The position numbers and the translations under genes were made by a program. Positions 17,910-26,817 of a stretch of DNA of 35,455 nucleotides are shown in pieces (the stretch's first letter is position 1; the number at the start of each line of letters is the position of its first letter). The notes under the pieces are model-generated. The model did no database searches and was not told the DNA's origin. It was given only the letters and a program-made list of their open reading frames with translations. Source of the DNA: Rhodobacterales bacterium UBA7416 (GTDB taxonomy: Bacteria; Pseudomonadota; Alphaproteobacteria; Rhodobacterales; Rhodobacteraceae); assembly GCA_002469545.1 (NCBI GenBank), contig DKMK01000105.1:1-35455 (forward strand), read 5' to 3'.

Positions 17910-19318
17910 ACCATATAAAAACAGATATTTGCATTATTGGCGGCGGTTCTGGCGGATTGTCCGTGGCGGCGGGTGCCGTGCAGATGGGCGCGTCCGTGGT
18001 CTTGCTTGAAGGCCATAAAATGGGCGGTGATTGCCTGAATTACGGCTGTGTGCCATCCAAAGCCCTGATTGCGGCGGGGAAGCACGCGCATGCAATGACA
18101 ACTGGTGCTGCTTTTGGTGTTACACCAGTAAAGCCGACTGTGGATTATGCTGCGGCCAAGGAACATGTGGCATCTGTGATAGCGGGTATAGAACCCCATG
18201 ACAGTGTGGAGCGATTCGAAAGTTTGGGCGTTCAGGTGATATCTGAATACGGCGCGTTTATTTCGCCAACTCAAGTGCAAGCGGGTGAAACAATCATCAC
18301 AGCGCGTCGTTTTGTGATTTCGACGGGATCTTCGCCGTTTGTGCCGCCTATTCCTGGATTGGATAAGGCACCGTATTTCACCAACGAAGATATCTTTGAT
18401 TTGAAAACCCGCCCTGATCATTTGATCGTCATTGGTGGCGGTCCGATTGGTATGGAATTGGCGCAGGCGCATGTGCGGTTGGGGTCTAAGGTAACCGTTT
18501 TGGAAGGTATGAAAGCATTGGGGCGCGATGATCCTGAAATGGCGGCAATTGCGTTGGAGCGATTGCGCGGCGAAGGGATTGAAATTGTCGAAGGCGCATT
18601 AGCCAGCGAAGTTACGGGCAAAGAGGGTGCGATTGCTGTTCATACCAAGGACGGGCCAACCTATCAGGGTACGCATTTGTTGATGGCAGTGGGCCGTAAG
18701 CCAAACGTGGATCGTTTGAATTTAGATGTGGCGGGCATTGAACCAACGCGTGGTGGTATCAAAGTTGATGCATCCTTGAAGACCACAAATAAACGCGTTT
18801 ATGCGATTGGTGATGTTGCGGCGGGTCTGCAATTTACGCATGTAGCGGGATATCATGCGGGTGTGATTATCAAATCCGCCTTGTTTGGTTTACCTTCGAA
18901 ACAGAAAACAGCGCATATTCCATGGGCGACGTATATTGACCCCGAAATGGCACAAGTTGGTCTGACTGAGGCACAAGCACAGGAAAAATATGGTGACGCC
19001 TTAACGGTTGTACGGGCGCAATACGCCGACAATGATCGTGCGCGGGCTGAATTGGCAACGACTGGTTTGGTTAAGGTCATGGTTGTCAAAGGACGCCCAA
19101 TTGGCGCATCCATTGTTGGTGCATCGGCGGGTGAGTTGATCCAAATATGGGCGCTGGCGCTGGCGAATAACCTAAAAATGTCAGCTGTGGCGGGTATGGT
19201 TGCACCGTATCCAACATTGGGTGAAGTGAATAAACGCGCCGCCAGCGCATATTTCACACCGAAAATATTCGACAGCCCAATGGTGAAACGCGTTGTGCGT
19301 TTCGTACAGAGGTTCTAG
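17906..19318 (+). CDS. Class I flavoprotein disulfide reductase (dihydrolipoamide dehydrogenase/MerA-like)
   Basis: GGGSGG, GGDCLNYGCVPSK, GGGPIG, YAIGD, C-terminal PYPTLGE; ATGA overlap with the DedA gene. Confidence 0.9.
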   Translation: MNHIKTDICIIGGGSGGLSVAAGAVQMGASVVLLEGHKMGGDCLNYGCVPSKALIAAGKHAHAMTTGAAFGVTPVKPTVDYAAAKEHVASVIAGIEPHDSVERFESLGVQVISEYGAFISPTQVQAGETIITARRFVISTGSSPFVPPIPGLDKAPYFTNEDIFDLKTRPDHLIVIGGGPIGMELAQAHVRLGSKVTVLEGMKALGRDDPEMAAIALERLRGEGIEIVEGALASEVTGKEGAIAVHTKDGPTYQGTHLLMAVGRKPNVDRLNLDVAGIEPTRGGIKVDASLKTTNKRVYAIGDVAAGLQFTHVAGYHAGVIIKSALFGLPSKQKTAHIPWATYIDPEMAQVGLTEAQAQEKYGDALTVVRAQYADNDRARAELATTGLVKVMVVKGRPIGASIVGASAGELIQIWALALANNLKMSAVAGMVAPYPTLGEVNKRAASAYFTPKIFDSPMVKRVVRFVQRF

Positions 19319-19350
19319 GCTGTGGGGGATTTCAGCCTTAGGCGTAGCGC

Positions 19351-20733
19351 ATGTTTTTAAAAACCCTTTCAGGGCGTTTCTTATTATTGACGATTATATT
19401 CGTCATGTTGGCAGAGGTGATGATTCTTGTCCCTTCTGTCGCGCGCTTTCGCGAGGACTATCTGCGCGAGCGATTGGAACGTTCGCAAATTGCCTCGCTG
19501 ACGTTACTGGCGTCACCAGACGATATGGTGGCGGCTGATCTGCGTCAGGAATTGTTGGCGAATGCAGATGTTTACAACATCGTTTTACGCCGTGATGAAA
19601 TGCGAGAATTGGTTTTGGCGTCGCCGATGCCACACGCGGTCGACTTGGTTGTGGATCTACGCAAAAATACCGCATGGAGCCTGACACGTGATGCGTTTGA
19701 CACATTGTTCAACGGATCAGATCGGGTCATTTTGGTCATCGGTGAACCCGTCAAAGGCGGCGGGGTGTTGATCGAGGCGACGATGGCAGAAAAGCCGCTG
19801 CGCTGGGCGATGGTTGATTATGGCAAGCGTATTTTGTGGCTGTCGTTTGGTTTGTCGTTGGCGATTGCTGGCATGCTGTTCTTTGCCATTCGTCGATTGA
19901 TCGGTACGCCAATCAACCGTGTTGTGCGTCAAATTCAAAATTTCCAATCGGCCCCTGAAGATAGCCGTCAAATCATCGAACCACAGGCCGGCGTGACAGA
20001 ATTTTTTAAGGCAGAAACGGCGCTGGCGGAAATGGAAACACAGTTGAATGCGGCGTTGTTGGAACGCAAACGTTTGGTGGCGTTGGGTGGTGCTGTTTCA
20101 AAAATCAGCCATGATTTACGAAATATACTGACCACGACTCAATTATTGGCAGACAGCATGGAAATGTCCAAAGACCCCCGTGTACAACGTATTGCGCCCA
20201 AATTGGTGAACTCGTTATCGCGTGCCGTGAACCTGTGTGAACGGACGTTGTCGTTTGGTAAGGCTGAAGAGGCCGCGCCGATATTTGATAATTTTTCAGC
20301 AATGCAATTGATTGATGACGTGGCCGAAGCGGAACGTTTAGCGATTGGCGATGCCAACGTGAAAATCGCCGTTCAGGTCCCGTCCAAAATGAACCTGTTC
20401 GCAGACCAAGAGCAATTGTTTCGTGTGATTTCCAATCTGACACGCAATGCCCGTCAGGTTTTGATGGCACGTCCAGCGGGTGGTGACATCATCATCAGTG
20501 CGTCCGAGGATGATCAAAACAGCATGATCACCATTGCAGATACCGGCCCCGGCCTGCCAAACCGAGCGCGCGAAAACATGTTTAAGCCGTTCGAAGGTTC
20601 GGCGCGTGTTGGTGGGACTGGTTTGGGGTTGGCAATATCGGCAGAGTTGATTGCTAATCACAATGGAACGCTGGAAATGATCGACAGTTCAGATCAAGGC
20701 ACATCGTTTCAAATCAAATTAAAGCGCGGTTAA
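19351..20733 (+). CDS. Sensor histidine kinase
   Basis: Two TM segments, H-box SHDLRN, N-box NLTRNA, DTGPG and GTGLGL. Confidence 0.95.
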   Translation: MFLKTLSGRFLLLTIIFVMLAEVMILVPSVARFREDYLRERLERSQIASLTLLASPDDMVAADLRQELLANADVYNIVLRRDEMRELVLASPMPHAVDLVVDLRKNTAWSLTRDAFDTLFNGSDRVILVIGEPVKGGGVLIEATMAEKPLRWAMVDYGKRILWLSFGLSLAIAGMLFFAIRRLIGTPINRVVRQIQNFQSAPEDSRQIIEPQAGVTEFFKAETALAEMETQLNAALLERKRLVALGGAVSKISHDLRNILTTTQLLADSMEMSKDPRVQRIAPKLVNSLSRAVNLCERTLSFGKAEEAAPIFDNFSAMQLIDDVAEAERLAIGDANVKIAVQVPSKMNLFADQEQLFRVISNLTRNARQVLMARPAGGDIIISASEDDQNSMITIADTGPGLPNRARENMFKPFEGSARVGGTGLGLAISAELIANHNGTLEMIDSSDQGTSFQIKLKRG

Positions 20734-20745
20734 AAATAACCGCGC
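20724..20745. terminator. Hairpin between the convergent kinase and trpS genes
   Basis: GCGCGGTTA-aaaa-TAACCGCGC overlapping the kinase stop codon. Confidence 0.7.
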
Positions 20746-20750
20746 CTATT

Positions 20751-21773
20751 TTAACGTGATGAAATCATTCCTATGGCCTCTTTGACCTGCGCCAAAACGG
20801 GTGCTGCGATTGCATCGGCACGCATGGCACCATCACCCAGAATGCGATCGATTTCATCTGGTTGAGCCATTAGGCGGGCCATTTCACCAGAAATTGGTGC
20901 CAAATGATTTACGGCTAATTCGGCCAGTGCAGGTTTGAATGTGCCAAATTGTTGGCCGCCAAATTCTGCAAGGACTGCGTCTGGTGTGACGCCTGACAGG
21001 GCCGCATAAATATTCACCAAATTGCGGGCTTCTGGGCGGCCTTGTAGGCCATCCAATTCGCTGGGCAACGGTTCAGGGTCTGTTTTTGCCTTGCGAATTT
21101 TGGATGCGATTGTGTCGGCATCATCGGTCATGTTGATGCGGCTTTTGTCAGATGGATCAGATTTTGACATCTTTTTTGATCCATCGCGCAAGGACATCAC
21201 ACGTGTTGCGGCGCCTTCGATGATTGGTTCTGGCATTGGGAACAGGTCAACGCCGAAATCATGGTTGAACTTGGCCGCAATATCACGGGTCAATTCAACA
21301 TGTTGTTTCTGGTCTTCGCCAACAGGAACATGGGTTGCTTGGTACGCCAAAATATCCGCTGCCATCAACGCAGGATAGGCATAAAGCCCCAAAGACATTT
21401 TTTCAGCGTTTTTGCCTGCTTTGTCTTTGAATTGTGTCATCCGGTTCATCCAACCCAGACGGGCGACACAGCTTAACAACCAACCCAGTTCAGCATGTGC
21501 GGACACTTGGGATTGGTTGAACAAAATGGATTTCTGTGGGTCTAAGCCACAGGCAATGTAGGCCGCGGCCAATTCACGTGTTTGATTGCGTAATGCAACA
21601 GGGTCCTGCCAGACAGTGATCGCGTGCAGATCAACCATACAGTAAATTGTTTCAATGCCGCTGTTTTGCATTTCGACGAAACGTTTCACGGCACCTAAAT
21701 AGTTGCCAAGTGTCAGGTTGCCCGATGGCTGAATCCCTGAAAACACACGTTGTTTAAAACTCGTTTCAGACAT
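20751..21773 (-). CDS. trpS: Tryptophan--tRNA ligase
   Basis: [29 protein letters not shown]. Confidence 0.98.
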   Translation of the reverse strand: MSETSFKQRVFSGIQPSGNLTLGNYLGAVKRFVEMQNSGIETIYCMVDLHAITVWQDPVALRNQTRELAAAYIACGLDPQKSILFNQSQVSAHAELGWLLSCVARLGWMNRMTQFKDKAGKNAEKMSLGLYAYPALMAADILAYQATHVPVGEDQKQHVELTRDIAAKFNHDFGVDLFPMPEPIIEGAATRVMSLRDGSKKMSKSDPSDKSRINMTDDADTIASKIRKAKTDPEPLPSELDGLQGRPEARNLVNIYAALSGVTPDAVLAEFGGQQFGTFKPALAELAVNHLAPISGEMARLMAQPDEIDRILGDGAMRADAIAAPVLAQVKEAIGMISSR

Positions 21774-21856
21774 GGCAATTCCTTTGGGTCTGGATTAGAT
21801 TTCTGCCAGTGCTTATCGCGGCAAATGCGAGCATGGTCAACCAAAGGAACACGTTC

Positions 21857-22555
21857 ATGTATAATCCCGATGCAGATGCTTCACCGATCAACCCGCTACC
21901 TAAGTCGGTGATCTTATTATTGGTTTTGGTTGGTGGTGTGGAAATTGCGCTTCAGCTGGCGGAACGTGGGATGATCGGGGGGCCAACGGCGATTGGTTGG
22001 CGATTGCAATGGGCGCAACAGTTTGGTTTTTTTGACAGTGTTTTTGAATGGATGCGCGTCAATCAAGATTATGGGTTTAAAAGTTTGGTGCGGTTTATAA
22101 CCTATGCATTCATTCATGCAGGGGGCACACATATATTGTTTGTTCTGATTTTTATCGCAGCATTTGGGAAATTTGTAGCCGAGATGCTGGGTGATTTGGC
22201 CGTACTGGTGATTTATGTCATCAGCGCGATCGTCGGGGCGTTGGCATATGGGCTGATCTTGGACGAAAGCGGTATGTTAATTGGTGGGTATCCCGCAGTG
22301 TATGGGCTGTTAGGGGGATTCACGTGGGTTCAATTTTTGATCGAACGGATGGACAATAAATCTGGACTGCGTGCCTTTGGACTGATTGGGTTTTTTATGG
22401 CAATTCAGTTGGCGTATAAGCTATTCTTTGGTGGGAATAACGATTGGCTGGCGGAATTGTTCGGGTTTGGTACTGGATTTACTTTGGCGATTGCATTTGG
22501 CCCAGGTGGTTTTGGTATGTTGCGTGAATTGTTTTTGCGGCTACGTCAGCGTTGA
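21857..22555 (+). CDS. Rhomboid-family membrane protein lacking the catalytic Ser/His
   Basis: RFITYAFIH...H, E..LG. GGYPA stands in place of GxSG and LAELFGF in place of AHxxG. ATG at 21857 after AAGGA. Confidence 0.8.
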   Translation: MYNPDADASPINPLPKSVILLLVLVGGVEIALQLAERGMIGGPTAIGWRLQWAQQFGFFDSVFEWMRVNQDYGFKSLVRFITYAFIHAGGTHILFVLIFIAAFGKFVAEMLGDLAVLVIYVISAIVGALAYGLILDESGMLIGGYPAVYGLLGGFTWVQFLIERMDNKSGLRAFGLIGFFMAIQLAYKLFFGGNNDWLAELFGFGTGFTLAIAFGPGGFGMLRELFLRLRQR

Positions 22556-22563
22556 ACATAGTA

Positions 22564-22585
22564 AAGGCGGACCATGGCCCGCCTT
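22564..22585. terminator. Hairpin between the rhomboid gene and microprotein copy 1
   Basis: AAGGCGG-accatggc-CCGCCTT. Confidence 0.7.
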
Positions 22586-22612
22586 ATGGAACGCTCAAAT
22601 TCCAGTATTATA

Positions 22613-22819
22613 TTAGGAGTCGTCTGCTGCGATTAAACCACCAAGAAGTAGTAAGCCCAACAATGGCAATAAGATGCCACCGCCAGAAGACGTAGCAGAT
22701 GAAGCGGCTGCTTCTTCTACCATCATGTCGTCTTTTGCCATTTCAGGTGTGCCAGCGAATGATGCTGCTGCCAATGAGGATGCAACCAATGCTGCAGCTG
22801 TAAGTTTTACAATTTTCAT
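22613..22819 (-). CDS. Exported microprotein, copy 1 (signal peptide plus C-terminal hydrophobic helix)
   Basis: MKIVKLTAAALVASSLAAASFA|G...SSGGGILLPLLGLLLLGGLIAADDS; GGAG SD upstream of ATG 22819; paralog next door. Confidence 0.85.
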   Translation of the reverse strand: MKIVKLTAAALVASSLAAASFAGTPEMAKDDMMVEEAAASSATSSGGGILLPLLGLLLLGGLIAADDS

Positions 22820-22941
22820 AATACTCTCCAAGATTCTTAATAGACTATATGTGTGCCAACCATAAACAAGAGTCTATAAAAAGTCACAATAAATCATGAT
22901 GTACTTGGAAATGGTAAAGTTTTAGCCAGCAAAAAAGCAAA

Positions 22942-22971
22942 ATAAAAGGCAGACCGAAGTCTGCCTTTTAT
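22942..22971 (-). terminator. Intrinsic terminator of microprotein copy 2
   Basis: 13-bp perfect inverted repeat ATAAAAGGCAGAC-cgaa-GTCTGCCTTTTAT; C(UUCG)G tetraloop on the minus strand. Confidence 0.9.
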
Positions 22972-22993
22972 CTAATAGTCTAAGTTGTGAAAC

Positions 22994-23200
22994 TTAGGAA
23001 TCGTCTGCAGCAATCAAGCCGCCAAGTAGAACCAAGCCCAACAAAGGTAACAAGATGCCACCGCCTGAAGATGCAGCAGAAGAACCTGCAGCAGCTTCTT
23101 CAACTTCTGTGATAACTGGCTCTGTCAAAGTGCCGGCGAATGAAGCTGAAGCGAAAGTAACAGCAACCAAAGTGGCTGTAGCGAATTTAGTAATAGTCAT
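22994..23200 (-). CDS. Exported microprotein, copy 2
   Basis: MTITKFATATLVAVTFASASFA|G...SSGGGILLPLLGLVLLGGLIAADDS; GGGAG SD. Confidence 0.85.
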   Translation of the reverse strand: MTITKFATATLVAVTFASASFAGTLTEPVITEVEEAAAGSSAASSGGGILLPLLGLVLLGGLIAADDS

Positions 23201-23574
23201 TTGAGCGCTCCCAAAAATAGGTTAACCTCTTAATGAGGATAGCCGAAACCTAAGTATCAAAAGGTCAGAATACAACTTGTTTCTTGATATTTCGGCCGTT
23301 GTTAGGTTCGAAGTGTGTTATCTAATCCACATATATTCGGATAAAGTGAGAGCGTCAATGTATTCCCAAAGTAATTCGGTGGCATAAATTTTTGGCATAA
23401 ATTAGCTCAGATTCAAATGGCATTGGTGATATTTACCCTGAAAACACATCCCCGATGTGCCAGAATCCGCTAGTCCAAAGAAATACGTGTTTTCATATTG
23501 TTTTTGGGGCTTTGACTGCTTAGGTTAGCCATGTGACGCTTTTATGTCTTATAAAGTAAAGCGAGGACGAAATT

Positions 23575-24258
23575 TTGGCACTTGATCCGGCCGAACATAT
23601 GCTTAGCGAAGCAGAGCTTGTTGCAGAAATGCTCACACAGGCCGCGCTTTCGCAAGAGTTGAATATCCCCCCGTACAAGCGGACGTTTGACCTGCTCGTA
23701 AGCTTGCCTTTGGTTGCTTGTTTCTTATTTTCACTGTTTTGGGTGGTTATTTTAAACCCGTTCTTTAACAAAGGGCGCATATTTTTTGTCCAAGAACGTA
23801 TTGGTCAAAACGGCAAAGTCTTTAAAATTCGCAAATTTAGAACAATGGTTGGCGGTTTGTCGGATGCAAGATTTCAAAATGAAGAGAAAAACCGCATTAC
23901 TGGCTTTGGCGAATTTCTACGTCGCACGCGCATAGATGAGTTACCGCAGATTTGGAACGTTTTCGTCGGTGACATGAGCCTGATCGGCCCACGTCCAGAG
24001 CGCCCGAAATTCGTGGTTGAATATATGGAACGGATCCCAAATTACGCGCGCCGTTTGGCCGTGCGTCCTGGAATTTCGGGGCTTGCACAATTGCGCCACG
24101 GATATACGTCCGATGTTGCAGGAACAGGGCGTAAATTGCGTTGGGATTTAGAGTATATCAACCGTATGTCTTTTCGGTTGGATATGGTAATCTTGGGTGA
24201 AACGGCGCGCATTGTCTTTGGGCGCATGTTCTTTATTGAAGTAAAAACAAAGCTGTAA
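23575..24258 (+). CDS. Polyprenyl glycosylphosphotransferase (bacterial sugar transferase)
   Basis: KRTFD, KFRTM, DELPQIWNVFVGDMSLIGPRPERP. Start uncertain (TTG 23575 or ATG 23599). Confidence 0.93.
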   Translation: MALDPAEHMLSEAELVAEMLTQAALSQELNIPPYKRTFDLLVSLPLVACFLFSLFWVVILNPFFNKGRIFFVQERIGQNGKVFKIRKFRTMVGGLSDARFQNEEKNRITGFGEFLRRTRIDELPQIWNVFVGDMSLIGPRPERPKFVVEYMERIPNYARRLAVRPGISGLAQLRHGYTSDVAGTGRKLRWDLEYINRMSFRLDMVILGETARIVFGRMFFIEVKTKL

Positions 24259-24262
24259 AATC

Positions 24263-25276
24263 ATGACACAAAAAATTCTACTGACCGGCGGCTTAGGCTA
24301 TATCGGATCGCATACTTATGTCGAACTGATCGCGGCGGGTTATGATGTGGTGATTGTCGATAACCTTAGCAATTCAAAACTGTCTGTGTGCGACCGCTTG
24401 GCCAAAATCACGGGCCAAGAAACATCGTTCATCCAAGCGGATATTTTGGATCGTTCCGCCTTGTCCCAAATATTCGCGAAGGATGCATTTGACGCAGTCA
24501 TTCATTTCGCAGGGCTTAAGGCGGTGGGCGAAAGCGTCGAAAAACCGCTGGATTACATGCAGGTTAATGTCACTGGTCTTGTGAATATATTGCAAGAAAT
24601 GCAGACCGCGAACGTGAATGCATTGGTGTTTTCGTCGTCAGCCACCGTGTACGACGTATCCAATGTTTCGCCTCTAAAAGAGGGAATGCCAACAGGTTAT
24701 ACAAACCCATACGGTTACACAAAATTGGTTTGTGAACAGATTTTGGCGCAGGCCACCCATGCAAACCCAGAATTGAAAACGGGCATTTTGCGATATTTCA
24801 ATCCAGCGGGCGCGCACAGTTCTGGCCTGATCGGTGAAGATCCACGAGATATTCCCAACAATTTGATGCCCTATATTTCGCGCGTTGCGAGTGGTGAATA
24901 TGAGTTCGTGCGTATTTGGGGGGACGATTACCCAACGCCAGATGGCACAGGTGTGCGTGATTACATTCATGTGGATGATTTGGCCACTGGCCATGTTTCA
25001 TCGCTTCATGCGCTGTTAGACAAAGGCGAAAGCCATTTGGTCAATTTGGGGCGTGGTCAAGGATATTCCGTGATGGACGTTTTGAATGCTTATAGCCGCG
25101 CATGTGGGCGTGAATTACCGCATCAAATCTTGCCGCGCCGCGCGGGTGATATCGCACAGATGTACGCCGATGTTGAACAGGCCAAACAGGTTTTGGGGTT
25201 CGAAGTTTGCCGCGATATGGATGCCATGTGCGCAACCAGCTGGAACTGGATCAATACGGGCGCCAAGGATGGCTAG
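24263..25276 (+). CDS. galE: UDP-glucose 4-epimerase
   Basis: TGGLGYIGSH, HFAGLKAVGES, SSSATVY, YGYTK, LRYFNP, GVRDYIHV. Confidence 0.96.
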   Translation: MTQKILLTGGLGYIGSHTYVELIAAGYDVVIVDNLSNSKLSVCDRLAKITGQETSFIQADILDRSALSQIFAKDAFDAVIHFAGLKAVGESVEKPLDYMQVNVTGLVNILQEMQTANVNALVFSSSATVYDVSNVSPLKEGMPTGYTNPYGYTKLVCEQILAQATHANPELKTGILRYFNPAGAHSSGLIGEDPRDIPNNLMPYISRVASGEYEFVRIWGDDYPTPDGTGVRDYIHVDDLATGHVSSLHALLDKGESHLVNLGRGQGYSVMDVLNAYSRACGRELPHQILPRRAGDIAQMYADVEQAKQVLGFEVCRDMDAMCATSWNWINTGAKDG

Positions 25277-26817
25277 CCCCGCTTGATGAACCCTTTGACG
25301 TCTTTGCGTGAAACTGCGCCAAATGCCTTTAGGAAGACGCCATAGCTGATGATACCCGACATTATCAGCCCAAACAGCGCGACATAACGCAGTCTTGGGG
25401 TGGTAAAGGCATCCCCCATCATTTTTTGCACCAGATACACCGTGACCCCCATCGCAATGCTGGCCAGTAAAATATAAGGTAGGCGGGATTTAAGGCGGTC
25501 ATCTAATCGCGCCGCATCACCCATTGCGCCACAACCACGCCACAACAAAATAACCATGGCCCAAGACGACATCGTTGTTCCCATTGCTGCTGCAAGGAAG
25601 CCAAACTTCCATGACAGGCCAATTGCCAAACCGACGTTTAAAACCATTGCCGCAAGTGCGAAACGAAATGGTGTTTTGGTGTCTTCACGGGCGAAGTACA
25701 AAGGTTGTAAAACTTTTTGCAAAACAAACGCAGGCAAACCAATCCCATAGATTGCCAATGCGGCTGCGGTTGCCAATGAATCCGATGCGGCAAATGCACC
25801 GCGTTCAAACATCACCGAAATCAATGGATAAGGCACAATTGCCAATGCCACGGCTGATGGCACTGTTAGCAACAGCGAAAATTCCAGTGCTCGGTTAAAG
25901 GCATCACGTCCCCCGGCATCATCACTGGCCAGCAGTTTTCGCGACAGCTCGGGCAATAAAACGATTCCAATTGCAATGCCAACAACGCCCAGAGGCAGTT
26001 GGTACAGCCGATCCGCATAATAAAGCCAAGCGAACGCGCCTTCGAAATAACTGGCAACTTGACGGCCAACCAAAAGGTTGATTTGAACGACACCCCCCGT
26101 CAAGATTGCTGGAACTGCTAGTGTAAACAATCGTTTCATGTCGGGGCCAAACGAGGGCAGGGTGAACGACAACCGCACCCCCATGCGTCGCACCGCGATA
26201 TAAACCAAACCCATCTGTGCAATCCCTGCGACAGCAACGCCCCAAGACAGTGAGGTCCCCATATCCCATTCTAGATTAGCCGCGACGAACATTGTGGCAA
26301 CCAAAATGATGTTTAATAAAACAGGCGCGGCGGCGGCGGCGGTAAAGTGGCGGTGTGCATTCAATATTCCGCTGAATAATGCAGCCAAGGATATGAATAA
26401 AACATATGGGAAAATAATACGTGAAAGGTCAACCGCCAGATCAAAACGCCCGTCTGCGATAAAGCCGCTTGCCATTGCATAGACCAAATAAGGCATGAAT
26501 AGCTGTGCCACTACGGTTAGCAAAATTAGCATACCCGCCAGTGTAGATAACGCCTGTGTGGCGAATTTTTCGTGGTCTTCACCAGCTTCTAGCTTTTTGG
26601 TGTACAGCGGCACAAAGGCCAAATTGAATGCACCTTCAGCGAAAAAACGGCGAAACAGATTGGGCAATGAAAATGCCGCTTGGAAGGCTTCGGCAACGAC
26701 GCCCGTCCCCAAATAGGCGGCCATCATCAAATCGCGAAACAACCCAGCAAAGCGACTGATCAATGTCCAGCCGCCAACGGTTACAAATGACTTTACCATT
26801 TTGCCGGACTTGCTCAT
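25273..26817 (-). CDS. murJ: Lipid II flippase MurJ (MviN)
   Basis: SRFAGLFRD, PNLFRRFFAEGAF, YYADRLYQLP; multi-TM. Confidence 0.96.
   Translation of the reverse strand: MSKSGKMVKSFVTVGGWTLISRFAGLFRDLMMAAYLGTGVVAEAFQAAFSLPNLFRRFFAEGAFNLAFVPLYTKKLEAGEDHEKFATQALSTLAGMLILLTVVAQLFMPYLVYAMASGFIADGRFDLAVDLSRIIFPYVLFISLAALFSGILNAHRHFTAAAAAPVLLNIILVATMFVAANLEWDMGTSLSWGVAVAGIAQMGLVYIAVRRMGVRLSFTLPSFGPDMKRLFTLAVPAILTGGVVQINLLVGRQVASYFEGAFAWLYYADRLYQLPLGVVGIAIGIVLLPELSRKLLASDDAGGRDAFNRALEFSLLLTVPSAVALAIVPYPLISVMFERGAFAASDSLATAAALAIYGIGLPAFVLQKVLQPLYFAREDTKTPFRFALAAMVLNVGLAIGLSWKFGFLAAAMGTTMSSWAMVILLWRGCGAMGDAARLDDRLKSRLPYILLASIAMGVTVYLVQKMMGDAFTTPRLRYVALFGLIMSGIISYGVFLKAFGAVSRKDVKGFIKRG

Noticed and set aside
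17612-18472. 286-aa minus-strand ORF
   Set aside because: Antisense shadow of the DedA and reductase genes, with no recognisable motifs.
17906-19318. merA or lpdA assignment
   Set aside because: No C-terminal Cys-Cys or mer genes, and no HPT motif or dehydrogenase complex neighbours.
21857-23200. Active rhombosortase/GlyGly-CTERM system
   Set aside because: The rhomboid lacks the catalytic Ser and His, and the tails lack the terminal basic residues.
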